Source: Ginglymostoma cirratum
Lineage: Eukaryota
Assembly: GCA_024137785.1 (NCBI GenBank)
Contig: JAHRHZ010000109.1
Span: 477,659 to 541,658 of the forward strand
Length of the DNA: 64,000 bases
Direction: 5' to 3'
Position 1 is the first letter of the stretch; every line of letters starts with the position of its first letter. The translations under genes were made by a program, and so were the position numbers. The notes under the pieces were generated by a model. The model made no database searches. It worked only from the letters and a program-made list of their open reading frames with translations, and was not told the DNA's origin. Shown here piece after piece: positions 12,556 through 24,420 of the stretch.

Positions 12556-13250
12556 CAGGATTAGATTTACAATTCATTACAAGAGGGAAAAACAGGGAGA
12601 TAGAGGACACGAGACTTTGATTCCCATTTGAATGGATTCACCACCGAAGCAACAGAGATTGCATTGCTCAGAGATGCAGACACAGTGAAACACACAACCA
12701 TGGATACATGCATTAACACACTAACATCAACAACAAATAAACTAACACACAAACACAAATAAAATTGCACACAGGCACATTGTCCATGAATGAGAAATAA
12801 GCTCTGATTTACTGCAAGGTATTGAGTCCAAGGCAGGAATCAGAGGCAAAAGGAAGTCCTGAGTTACCTTAACTCAACTTCTGATCTCGGTACCTATCCC
12901 TACCCTTACCTGAGGAGGAGGGCCTCATCTAATCTCTCGCCAGCCCAGGATCTTAAATAAAAAGAAATAAACAAAAATACAAAACTGTTGCTTGGCACCA
13001 TTTAGTAAACGTTATTATCGTTCACAAATTGCAGTTATAGATAGAGTAATTGAGATGGTGCCTTTCCACACTGGACCCTGTGTTTTGAAGACAAATGAAT
13101 GAAACATGCCCTGTGACCTGTGTGGTAAGGCTGGACAAGTCAGCATTATCCTCAGTCTAATGTGACAAAAAATAAACTAATTCATTGCTGCAAATTAGAA
13201 TTGTAATGAGAAAGTACTGAATTGATTGATTAATTAGTGAGTTCTATTGA

Positions 13251-14130
13251 TCAGTTAAGTTGAGAGAAGAGAAATTTCAGCACATTCTTCAGTTGTTCTC
13301 TGAACGTAGTCTGGGTCATAATCGTGGTGTTTGTGCAGCAACTGAGGAGCTGCAGCATGAAGACCAATTCCATCACAAAGTGACCTAGAATGAAAGACCT
13401 ATACCCAAAATTATACATCTGGATCAATGTAGAATACGCCATTAACGCTGACCATAACAGGATGAAACTCACTGAGATCACAAACGATAAAGTGATGGAT
13501 TTCGTTCGGCTCTGCATTTCTCTGTCTTTGTGAATCTTCTCATCAGTATGAGTCTACAGTCTCCTGCGGGCTCTGCTGATCACTAAAATGTGTCTGACAA
13601 TGAAAACATTGAACAACAGAATCAGGAGAAATGGGAGACCAGGGTTTAGAATGTTGTGAAGGAACTCGATTGTAATCCAGAACTGAGATTCACAAACACT
13701 GAGTGATGCATCACAAAACCAGGGAACGTTGCTCCATGTATATTGACTTGAGAGCATAAAATACCAGAAAAGTTTTTTAAACATCTCAGCACAGTCACTG
13801 GTCCTAGAACCACTGCTGCCGTTTTCTTACTGCAATATTTACTTTTCAGTTTCTGGCAACAAATGGCCACAAATCGATTAATGGTGAAAGCAATGGCGAA
13901 CCAGCCAGAACAGTCAGTGGCTGCATAAAGCAGGATGGCATGGATATTGCACACACGAATGTACCACAGGAAATAAAACTGTTCCTTAAAAACAATCGGA
14001 ATGTGCCTTAATATCAGGTCGAGGATAATGACCAGTAGATCCGCTACTGCCATGGCCACCATGTAACGTCTGACACATGGAGACAATCCACAATCTTTAT
14101 AAAGCAGGGAGTAGATCGTCACTGCATTAA
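13251..14130 (-). pseudogene. GPR139/GPR142-like class A GPCR pseudogene, exon 2
   Basis: Acceptor ttcctcacAG at 14132-14131. Protein motifs DCGLSPCVRRYMVAMAVADLLVII, ATDCSGW..AFTINRFVAICCQKLK. Relative to the paralog it has a 1-bp deletion near 13772, an in-frame TAG at 13556-13554 and a 6-bp deletion in TM7. Confidence 0.92.
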
Positions 14131-15889
14131 CTGTGAGGAACGTAAGAAAGCAAATTATGCATTAGGCTGGAGGCAAAGTTGCCAGTTTGACTGAGGACCA
14201 AGTGAAATTTTCAAATGTTTCACTGTATTCAGAGATTTATTGATCTAATCGGAGCTGAAATGACAAAAGGTAAGTGTGGAATTACAAAAATGTGATGCAA
14301 AACACAAGACACACTCCCTCCCAAACATTCAGACACAACTCCATCGGAACAGATGACTTCTAGACTGTTCCCATACACTCGATCACTTGAGAGCACACAC
14401 AGGTGACTTCCTTACAGTTCCAATACAGAGGGTGAAAATATTGTCATCTTGAAGGATTCTCTCCCATTTCCTTGAAGACAAATGGAATTTGGAAATTTCT
14501 GTCTTTTAGTCTAAATTGTGGTTAATCGTCTGTAGTGAGGAAATGTAAACACAGGGAAAATGTATTTACCCCTTGAACTGCCTGAGGGGATGTCGAAACA
14601 GTGTCTTCTTCTCCTTGGAACGGGATCTCTTCCCTCAGGATCTTATGTTTTGTTCAATTAACTGACATCCGGATGTTCACAATTAAAATCAGTTATAGTG
14701 TATTACGGGGAAAGTCAGTTATAGAATGTGATGGAGTCATTGAGATCCACATCACAAAGGCCCGTCTGTCCTTTAAGTTTGGTGAGATCCACTCAGCCTC
14801 GTGGGGAAAGTCTCTCCCCAAACTTGACTCAAATGGCACTTTGCACACAAAACCAATATGATTAAGACAATACCTTGATCATTTGATGTCATATCCTAGA
14901 GTTTGGTGTGTTTGCTGAGTTGGGAGGTGTGATAGCAGACTTTCTGTCTCTTCATTAGATGACACCCTCGGTGCTGTGGAGCCTCCTGTGAAGTGCCATT
15001 GTCTTGTGCCGGTTCGAATTTATAAGTGGAGTTATCCTGAATTTTCCCAAAGCCATCTCATGGTAACAGACCAAAGATGGTCAAGGAAATTGCCTGATAA
15101 TGGACATTTACAGCACTCCACACCATCACTCAGTGATAAATCAGTTCTCCTCGATATTGAAAACAAATTGGGGGAAACACTTAGGGTTACAAGGGCAAAG
15201 AATGTAGTCTGTATGTTTTACTTAAATGCCCATCACCAAGAGTATCTTCACAGGCCCATCACTGATTGAGCAGGGTGAGGCCTAAAGTATATAGCAGTCA
15301 GAATGTGGGAAGTGATGACTGAACCAATAAGTGGGAAACATTCTCACCAAACTACTTGTCACAGATGTATCTGTCGCTAATAGTATCTGCAGGACCACCC
15401 AGCACACAGTTCTGGTGGAGGTAAAGTCTCATCCTCATACTTAATATATTGCCCCTTGTGTTAGGTGGCACTACCTCCTGCGAAGTACAGCAGACACAAG
15501 AGTAGAGGGAAGGCTGGTTACTGAGCGAGAAACATAGATAAATTAGGGATAAATTAGTATTTATCAGTTTAACAGAATTAACAACTTCAGTGACCAGTGC
15601 TGGGTCCTCAACTAATGCAGCTTATACCAATGATTTAGATACGTGGAACAAATGTATTCTCACTAAATTTGTCAATGACACTATGTTTGTAGTAAACTAA
15701 GTTCTAAACAGAAGCTAGAGAATCTGTAAATGGATAAGAATGGGACAATTTGGCAGATGGAATAAATATGTCGTGCGTAACTGTGGACCTGTGAATTTCT
15801 CAGGAAGAATTAAAGGCTGTAAATTAAATAAATGAAGAGAGGTTACAGGACTTAGTGGCACGGTGTGTACTGGAGGGTTCACCCTGACC

Positions 15890-16620
15890 TATTCAGGCAT
15901 CAGAAATGTTGTTCCATCTCCCTGATGGTCTTCTTCCTGATGTTCCCAGTGGCTCCGTTGGTCTCAGTACACACGGGATATTTTTATGGGATTGTTTGAC
16001 GGTGGGGAGTGGTCACTGGGAGGGTGTTTTGAGGCATGTATCAAGGAGATGACCTTTATCCGAGATGTCATTCTTTCTTTCTACATGTAGACCCGAAGAC
16101 AATGGGAATGGCTGCGTGCTTCTGAATGAAGAGGCTGTGGCTGCGACCAGGACAGTGGGTATTCACCAACATGATGTACTATGCATGGTCACACTGCAAC
16201 ATTAATGGAGTGAGAGTTTTTTCAGTTCCTCTATCTCTCCCCATTTCCATGTGGACCCCACGGAGCCATGGACATTGGGAGTATCGCTATACTGGGAAAA
16301 CAAGGATACACCCAGAAGCTCCCCGCTGAGGGAGAAAATATTGTATTCACCTCCTCCACCATATGTGCTCTGTCACCAAATGGTGACATTGATGTCAAAC
16401 ATACTGGGAGATAATGGATATGTTACCCACTCCTGCCTGGCAAGTTCCGGATCATAGAAGCTGAATGAAACTGCCACTTTAACAGCCACTAGCAGCACCA
16501 TCCTCACCCTGCTGTGAAGCTGAAGGCTGTCTTGAAGAAGGTGGCACCGCTCTGTGACTAGCTCCTTGTTCAATCAGGATAACCTCACTCTCTGCTCGTG
16601 ATTGAAGGGTAGCTTGGGAA
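15890..16620 (-). mobile_element. PIF/Harbinger transposase remnant (HARBI1-like)
   Basis: VAVKVAVSFSFY, N*KNSHSINV..CDHA*YIMLVNTHCPGRSH and DKGH..TP occur in the order expected for a Harbinger DDE transposase. Confidence 0.75.
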
Positions 16621-16959
16621 GCTGTTCTTGTTAAGCTCTTTGTGGTTATGGCAGATCCCTTTCCCCGCACACACTGACTCCGTGGTTTCAGAGCTTCATA
16701 TTTCTGGACCCTCTGCTCCATTTGGTGTTCATGTTGCAGAGCCAGATGCTGTAACTACTGTCCCCATGCTTCGTCCAGTGTTGGGTCACCAAATCCGCAG
16801 GTCTCCCTGAATGTCTGAGGCAGCTCATAGCACAACCTCCAGCAAACCAATCCTCGCAACGCCAATGACTTTTCCTTGATAGGAGCCAATCTGAAGCCCC
16901 TCGCTTACAGGTTATTGGTCCTTTACATGAATGCTTGAGGGCTTTCCTTGTGTTACTGA

Positions 16960-17359
16960 NNNNNNNNNNNNNNNNNNNNNNNNNNNNNNNNNNNNNNNNN
17001 NNNNNNNNNNNNNNNNNNNNNNNNNNNNNNNNNNNNNNNNNNNNNNNNNNNNNNNNNNNNNNNNNNNNNNNNNNNNNNNNNNNNNNNNNNNNNNNNNNNN
17101 NNNNNNNNNNNNNNNNNNNNNNNNNNNNNNNNNNNNNNNNNNNNNNNNNNNNNNNNNNNNNNNNNNNNNNNNNNNNNNNNNNNNNNNNNNNNNNNNNNNN
17201 NNNNNNNNNNNNNNNNNNNNNNNNNNNNNNNNNNNNNNNNNNNNNNNNNNNNNNNNNNNNNNNNNNNNNNNNNNNNNNNNNNNNNNNNNNNNNNNNNNNN
17301 NNNNNNNNNNNNNNNNNNNNNNNNNNNNNNNNNNNNNNNNNNNNNNNNNNNNNNNNNNN
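16960..17359. other. Assembly gap (400 N)
   Basis: Run of n. Confidence 1.
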
Positions 17360-17463
17360 AAACGTCAAGTTTTCCTGCTCCTATGATGCTGCTTGACCTG
17401 CTGTGTTCATCCAGCCCCATGCTTGTTATCTCGGATTCTCCAGCATCTGCAGTACCTTTTATA
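17360..17463 (+). mobile_element. 3' part of the short Penelope-derived hammerhead-motif element
   Basis: aaacgtcaagttttcctgctcctatgatgctgcttgacctgctgtgttcatccagc...gcatctgcagtacctttta is near-identical to 33524-33625. The 5' part lies in the gap. Confidence 0.85.
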
Positions 17464-17521
17464 TCAGTAATACAGTCATATATGGTTTCTAGAAATAATA
17501 ACTGGACAGTAAAATACTTAC

Positions 17522-17702
17522 CAGGGGCACCAACGATAGCCAGGATAGGATAATAAAGATATTGAACAATGGAAATGGCATATTCAATGCGCCCTGATAA
17601 GGACATCTGATTATAATTTGTAGAAAGAAACCAAATTTCATGAGATAAACTCTTATCCATTGTTGTAACATTCCAGTCTAAAGTTCTCAGATTCCGATCC
17701 AT
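17522..17702 (-). pseudogene. Exon 1 of the GPR139-like pseudogene (N-terminus and start of TM1)
   Basis: MDRNLRTLDWNVTT...YLYYPILAIVGAP followed by a phase-1 donor G|GTAAGT at 17521. The phase matches the acceptor at 14130, giving P-V-N-A-V-T. The intron spans an assembly gap. Confidence 0.85.
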
Positions 17703-17789
17703 TGTTGGAACATTTCAGACTATTGTTCTCAGATTCTGATCTCTCCTATCCCCCTCTGTGGAGCTGTTGATCCTTTTTAGTGCTGTTGG

Positions 17790-17940
17790 TGATGCTCCCA
17801 TTCATATTACGGGGTAACACATTGAACGAAACCAGTTTATCATTAAAGAGGAAACCCTGTACTGGGATAATTAGAAACCATGGAGACATTAATCACAGTC
17901 ACCGAATAAACAAGTTCAGTTAACCCCTTCCTACATCACT
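17790..17940 (-). promoter_or_regulatory. Putative proximal promoter of GPCR paralog 1
   Basis: Colinear motifs shared with 42450-42590: taacacattgaa-gaaacc, ccatggaga, attaat, aa(t/c)aaaca and cagttaaccc. Confidence 0.55.
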
Positions 17941-18599
17941 TGTCATATCACAATAAATGGGAATATTTACTGAATATTTTTAAATTTTTTCTCCCTTGTA
18001 TGTGGGAACAGTATCAGAACACTGCAGCGTTGTATATGTTGCACGGTGTTTGTAAAAGGAGACAGGAATGGAGAAACACACCAGCTGCATAAAATGACTG
18101 ATGGTGAAATTTCTAGACACCATAAACCAAGGTAACAATATTTATTACCTGTTGACTGTGTAACGTTGTTCCTATATTTAAGTGCCCTGTTATCAAATTG
18201 TTTCATAACCTTGAGACATCATTCAGAGTGTTGAGACTGCTGCTCAGGAACAGGAGGAAACACTTCTGTCCTCGTGTGCCTGGGGATAGATAGGGATAGA
18301 GGAGGTCATTCAGTCCACTTGAGCCTATTACCACTGTTGAAGGTGGCAAGCTGAAATGATGGCATAATTTGCAAATCATGGACTTGCGCTACTAAGGCTG
18401 TGCGAGACCCCTCTGACAGGATGCCTGAAGTATATTGTGTTTTTGTGTTTCTGTGACTGAGAAAGGAGGAACATCCATCAGATACAGTTTAATAGCTGCT
18501 CATAATCCTTAATTTGCTGCATCATTTAATGCCTCGAGTCTGTTACACACAGGAAGGAGGAGGTCTTTTAGCCTCTCATGTTTGTTTTAGCATAGGACA

Positions 18600-18990
18600 C
18601 TGCAACTCAGGAACGGGTCCTTCAGCTCACAATGTTGTGTCAAACATGTTGCCAAATTAAACTAATACCTTCTGCCTGTACTTGGTCCATATCCCGCCAT
18701 GACTTGCACATTCATATGCTTATCTAAAAGTACCTTAAATGCCCTTATTGTATCTGCCTCCAACACCACACTGGCAGTGCGTTCCAGTCTCTTGATACTC
18801 TCTGTGTAAAAAAAAACTTGCCCCCCACATCTCCTTTGAACTTTACCTCTCTCACCGTAATTGCATGCCCCCTAGTATTAGGCATTCTGGAAAACAATTC
18901 TAAACATCAACCCTATCAATGCATCTCATAATTTTACAGACTTCTATCAGGTGTCCCCTCAGCCTTTGCCACTCAAGACAAAACAACTGG
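18600..18990 (-). mobile_element. CR1 LINE 3' fragment
   Basis: Reverse complement of the CR1 RT C-terminus and 3' UTR (gcatgccccctagtattag, tcataattttacagacttctatcagg). Confidence 0.75.
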
Positions 18991-19047
18991 AGATTTTTTT
19001 GAAACAAAAATAGAGATCACTGGAAAAGCTCAGCTAGTCTGGCAGCA

Positions 19048-19185
19048 GAGATAAAAGGTACTGCAGATGCTGGAGAATCCCAGATAACAAGGTATGGGGC
19101 TGGATGAACACAGCAGGCCAAGCAGCATCATAGGAGCAGGAAAGCTTGACGTTTCGGGACTAGACCATTCATCAGAAATCAGAAA
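19048..19185 (-). mobile_element. 138-bp Penelope-derived element with a minimal hammerhead motif and a 13-bp TSD
   Basis: The minus strand reads CTGATGAatggtctagtcccGAAACGTC. It is flanked by the direct repeat tagtctggcagca at 19035-19047 and 19186-19198. Confidence 0.8.
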
Positions 19186-19707
19186 TAGTCTGGCAGCATC
19201 CCTTTTTCCAGCAGAGAGCGACGGGAACTGAGCGGAAGCGAGGTCGGAGCAGAGAGGCTGTTGGGAAGGTAAGTGTTTGCCATTTAAACACTTACCTCGA
19301 AGCCAGTGGTCCTTTTTAAGTAGATGTGTTCTAAGCCCCAGGTCCTACACAGTAGGGCCTCCCTTCCACCCTCCTCCTCTAACCTAATTAATAGTCCACA
19401 GACTTGCAGCAGGGAGAGCGGGAACGTCAATCAGGGGCCTACAGGAAAGGTGAGTCACCACTTTAAAATTTAAAAAAACTTACCTCGACCGGCGGATCCC
19501 TCCATTTCTGTTCCAGCAATAGGAAGAGCGGGAGCTCTAACCAAGAAGGACACTCGTGTGTTGTTAAGGTAAGGCTTTTCAAATTATATTTCTTGTGTAT
19601 CGTGTGATTGATTAGAAGTTTAATTGGTTAATTGAATAAGACCGCAGCAGAGAAGTACTAGGAATTATTTAATACATAAATTGTAAAAGTTAATTAAATA
19701 AGTAGTT

Positions 19708-20661
19708 ATGCGTGGACAGGTGATGTGCTGTGGCTATATGATGTGGGAGCTGGCTGATCTCATTGTGTCTGGCAGCGACCACATCTGCAGCAAGTGTTGG
19801 TTGCTGGAAGAGCTCCGGATCAGAATTAATTATCTGGAATCTGGGCTTCAAACTCTGCGGCACATCCGGGAGGGGGAGAGTTTCCTGGACACTTTGTTTC
19901 ATGAGGCAGTCACACCTGTTCGATTAAGAAATTCAAATTCAATAAGTGTTCAGGGACAACAGGGTATGACTGTAAGTGAGGCAGTTAGGGGGATTTTGAG
20001 TTCAGGAGTGCAGGAGCCACAGCCCTTGACCTTGATCAACAGGTATGAGATTCTTGCTCCCTGTACAGATGAGAGAAAGGGCTGCGGACAGGATGAGCCA
20101 GCTGACCACGGCACCATGGTGCAGAAGGCCATTCAAGTGGGGGGAGCAAAAAGACAAGTAGTTGTTATAGGGGATTCTAGAATTAAGGGGACAGATAGTA
20201 TCCTATGCAGGCCGGATCGGGAGTTCCGCATCGTGTGTTGCCTGGCTGGTGCCAGGGTGCAGGACATCTCCGACCGGCTTGAAAAGATACTTAAGGTGGA
20301 GGATCCAGTTGTTGTGGTAAACGTTGGGCCTAACGACAGAGGCAAAGCAAGGTTAGAGAACCTGTTCAGGGATTATCTAGCACTAGGAAGGAAATTGAAG
20401 TATAGGTCCTCAAGGATCATAATCTCCGGATGACTGCCAGAGCCACGTGCCAATTGGCATAGGGATAAGAAAGTTAGGGAAGTAAACACGTTGCTAAGGG
20501 ATGGGTGTGGAAAAGAGCGATTCCATTTCATGGGGCATTGGCATCAGTTTTGGAACCGGGGGGATCTGTACCGTTGGGACGGTCTCCACCAGAACCCATC
20601 TGGAACCAGTGTTCTAGCGAAAAGAATAAATAGGGTGGTCAGTAGGACTTTAAACTTCTGA
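19708..20661 (+). pseudogene. CR1 ORF1: Zn-finger/leucine zipper plus SGNH esterase
   Basis: HICSKC..LEELRIRINYLESGL, VVVIGDSRIKG, VVVNVGPND and WDGLHQN. One in-frame TGA at 20431-20433. Confidence 0.9.
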
Positions 20662-20839
20662 GTCGGGGGAGGGGTAGGGAAAGCAACAGGGTGTATGGAG
20701 TTAAATGGAAAGATAAGCAGCAGGATAACATGTGAGCAGGTGGTTTTAAGCTCAAGGCAGACTAGGAATGCAGCAAAAAGGAAGGATAAGTTAGGACATT
20801 TCATGATTTCCAATACCTCTAATAATGATAAGAAAGTTA

Positions 20840-23626
20840 GCATTAAGGCACTTTACCTAAATGCTCGTCGTATTCGTAACAAAGTAGATGAATTAATGGC
20901 ACAAATCATCTTGAATGATTATGATGTGGTAGGCAACAGAGACGTGTGTGCAGGGGGTTCAGGACTGGCAGTTAAACATCCAAGGATTTACAACTTATCG
21001 AAAAGACACGGAGGTGGGCAGAGGGGGTGGGGTTGCCTTGTTAGTTAAGAATGAAATCAAATCAATAGCACTGAATGACATAGGGTCAGATGATGTGGAG
21101 TCTGTGTGGGTGGAGGCGAGGAACCACAAAGGCAAATAAACCATAATGGGAGTTATGTACAGACCTCTGAACAGTGGTCAGGACCAGGGGTACAAGATGC
21201 ACCGGGAAATAGGGCATATCAGAAAGGCAAGGTCACGGTGATTATGGGGGACTTCAATATGCAGGTGGACTGGGTGAATAATATTGCCGGTGGATCCAAA
21301 GAAAGGGAATTCATGGAATGCCTACAGGATGGCTTTTTGGAACAACTTGTTATGGAATCCACAAGGGAGCAGGCTATTCTGGACTTAGTGTTATGTAATG
21401 AGCCAGACATTATAAAAGGCCTTAAAGTAAGGGAACACTGAGGAGGCAGCGATCATAATATGGTAGAGTTCAGTCTGCGGTTTGAAAGATAGAAGGAAAA
21501 ATCGGATGCAATGGTGTTACAGTTAAATACAGGTAATTACAGGGGCATGAGAGAGGAACTGACGAAAATTGACTGGAAGCAGAGCCTAGCGGGGAAGACA
21601 GTAGAGCAACAACGGCAGGAGTTTCTGGGTGTAATTGAGGACACAACACAGAGGTTCATCCCAAAGAAAAGAAAGATTATCCAGGGGAGGATTAGACAGC
21701 CATGGCTGACAAAGGAAGTCAAGAAATGTATCAAAGAAAAAGAGACAGCCTATATTGTGGCCAAGAGCACTGGGAAATCAGAAGATTGGGAAGGGTACAA
21801 GAACAAACAGAGGATAACAAAGAGAGAAATAAGGAAGGAGAGGATCAAATACGAAGGTAGGCTATCCAGTAATATTAGAAATGACAGTAAAAGTTTCTTT
21901 CAATACAGAAGAAACAAACGAGAGGCAAAAAGTAGACATTGGGACGTTCCAAACTGATGCTGGAAGGCTAGTGATGGGAGATAAGGAAATGGCTGAAGAA
22001 CTTAATAAGGATTTTGCGTCAGTCTTCACAGTGGAAGACATGAGTAATATCCCAACAATTAAGGAGAGCCAGGGGGCAGAGTTGAGTATGGTAGGCATTA
22101 CAATTGAGAAAGTGCTAGAAAAGCTAAAAGGTCTAAAAATTGATAAATCTCCAGGCCCCGATGGTGTACAATATAGAGTTCTAAGGGAGGTGGCTGAGGA
22201 AATAGCGGAGGCGTTGTTTGTGATCTTTCAAAAGTCAGGGGAAGTCCCAGAAGATTGGAAAATCGCTGTTGTAAACCCTTTGTTTAAGAAAGGATCAAGA
22301 CAAAAGATGGAAAATTATACGCCGATTAGCCTAACCTCGGTTGTTGGTAAAATTCAAGAACCTATCATTAAGGATGAGATTTCTAGATTCTTGGAAGTGC
22401 AGGGTAGGATTAGAACAAGTCAGCATGGATTTAGTAAGGGGAGGTCGTGTCTGACACACCTGTTAGAATTCTTTGAGGAGGTAACAAGTAGGTTAGACCA
22501 GGGAAACCCTGTGGATGTTATCTATCTAGACTTCCAAAGGGACTTTAATAAGGTGCCTCACAGGAGGCTGCTGAGTAAGGTGAGGGACCATAGTGTTCGA
22601 GGTGAGTTACTGGCATGGATTGAGGATTGGCTGTCTGACAGAAGGCAGCGAGTTGGGATAAAAGGCTCTTTTTCGGAATGGCAACCGGTGACAAGTGGTG
22701 TCCGACAGGGTTCAGTGTTGGGGCCGCAGCTGTTCACTTTATATATTAATGACCTAGATGAAGGGACTGGGGGCATTCTGGCGAAGTTTGCCGATGATAC
22801 GAAGTTGGGTGGACAGGCAGGTAGTACGGAGGAGGTGGGGAGGCTGCAGAACGATTTAGACAGTTTAGGAGAGTGGTCCAGGAAATGGCTGATGAAATTC
22901 AATGTGAGCAAATGCGAGGTCTTGCACCTTGGAAAAAAGAATACAAGCATGGACTATTTTCTGAACGGTGAGAAAATTGATAAAGCCGAAGTACAAAGGG
23001 ATCTGGGAGTGCTAGGAGAGAATTCTCTAAAGGTTAACTTGCAGGACGAGTCTGTGATTAAGAAAGCGAATGGAATGTTGTCATTTATCTCAAGAGGGTT
23101 GGAATATAAAAGCAGCGATATGCTTCTGAGACTTTATAAAGCTCTAGTTAGGCCCCATTTAGAATACTGTTTCCAATTTTGGGCCCCACACCTCAGGAAG
23201 GACATACTGCCACTCGTGCGTGTCCAGCGGAGATTCACATGGATGATCCCTGGAATGGTAGGCCAAACATACGATGAACGGCATAGGATCCTGGGATTGT
23301 ATTCATTAGAGTTTAGAAGGTTGAGGGGAGATCTAATAGGAACTTACAAGATTATGCATGGCTTAGAAAGGGTGGACGCTGGGAAGTTGTTTCCGTAAGG
23401 TGGGGATACTAGGACCCGTGGGCGCAGCCTTAGAATTAGAGGGGGTCAACTTAGAACGGAAATAAGGAGACATTTCTTCAGCCAGAGAGTGGTGGGCCTA
23501 TGGGATTCATTGCCACGGAGCACAGGGGAGGCCGGGACGTTGAATGTCTTCAAGGCAGAGATTGATAAATTCTTGATCTCGCAAGGAATCAAGGGCGACG
23601 GGGAGAGTGCGGGTAAGTGGAGTTGA
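20840..23626 (+). pseudogene. CR1 ORF2: AP endonuclease plus reverse transcriptase
   Basis: LYLNARRIRNK, RGGGVALLV, MGDFN, ILDLVL, SDH; then KSPGPDG, QHGFSKGRSCLT, GVRQGSVLGP, KFADDTK. Several stops and frameshifts; the 505-aa segment 21881-23398 is open. Confidence 0.95.
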
Positions 23627-23719
23627 AATGCCCATCAGCCATGATTAAATGGCGGAGTGGACTCGATGGGCCGAATGGCCTTACTTCGACTCCGATGTGT
23701 TATAGTCTTATGGTCTTAT

Positions 23720-24420
23720 CTGTGAAGAGAAATCCGAGGTAATGTTTTGGGTACGGTGACCCTTCCTCAGAACTGATCTTAGCTAGGAAAATGTTGGTTA
23801 ATATGCAAAAGATACTGTAAGAGGAGGAGTTAAGGTGTAATTGATTGGTGGGGATAGAGCCGAGCAAGAACAGTTGGACAGAAAAAGGAATTGATAATGA
23901 TCTAGCCCGGAGGGTAAATAGCTCTTAACGCAGACTGATAATGGTTTACAATAGGTAGAGTGTAATAAAGACTATGTGATATCAAGACCTGGTGTGTGGC
24001 ATAGGGGGCTAGGACATGGGAGAGTTCAGGCACTAAAATTATTGAACTTGATATTTAGTCTGGAGGGCTGCAGGGTCCCCAAGTGGAAAATGACGCATTG
24101 TTCCTCCAGCTTGCGCTGAGCTTCCCTGGAACACTGCAGCAAATCTGAAACATTCATGGTGGCCAGGAAACAAAGTGATGTTTTAAGGTGGCAGGCAACT
24201 TGAAACTCAGGGACTTTGTTTGGGGGCCGGACGTAGATGTTCTGTGAATCGGTAACCCAGTCTATGCTTTTTTTCCCCAATGTAGAGTAGACCAGATTGT
24301 GAGTGGCAAATTCAGTAGATTAGATTGTGTGTAGCTAAAGTGATGCCTCACATGGAAGGTACGTTTAGACTCTTGGATCCTGAGGAGGGAGAAGGTAAAT
24401 GGGCAGTTGTTACACCTTCA
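23720..24420 (-). mobile_element. Penelope-like element 3' part (GIY-YIG C-terminus plus terminal repeat); its terminus continues at about 19001-19200
   Basis: LLQCSREAQRKLEEQCVIFHLGTLQPSRLNIKFNNF. A degenerate hammerhead core (ctgaggaagggtcaccgtacccaaaacatt) lies at about 23741-23771. Confidence 0.8.

Larger units (their letters stand above)
19201..23719 (+). mobile_element. Near full-length CR1 LINE (5' UTR, ORF1, ORF2, 3' tail)
   Basis: ORF1 esterase and ORF2 APE+RT are in order, with tail tatagtcttatggtcttat. The element interrupts a Penelope terminal sequence (ggcagcatc | tgtgaagagaaa). Confidence 0.95.

Noticed and set aside
16688-17396. ORFs containing long X runs (also 32918-33506)
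   Set aside because: They read through N gaps. Only 17522-17702 of the 249-aa ORF is a real exon.
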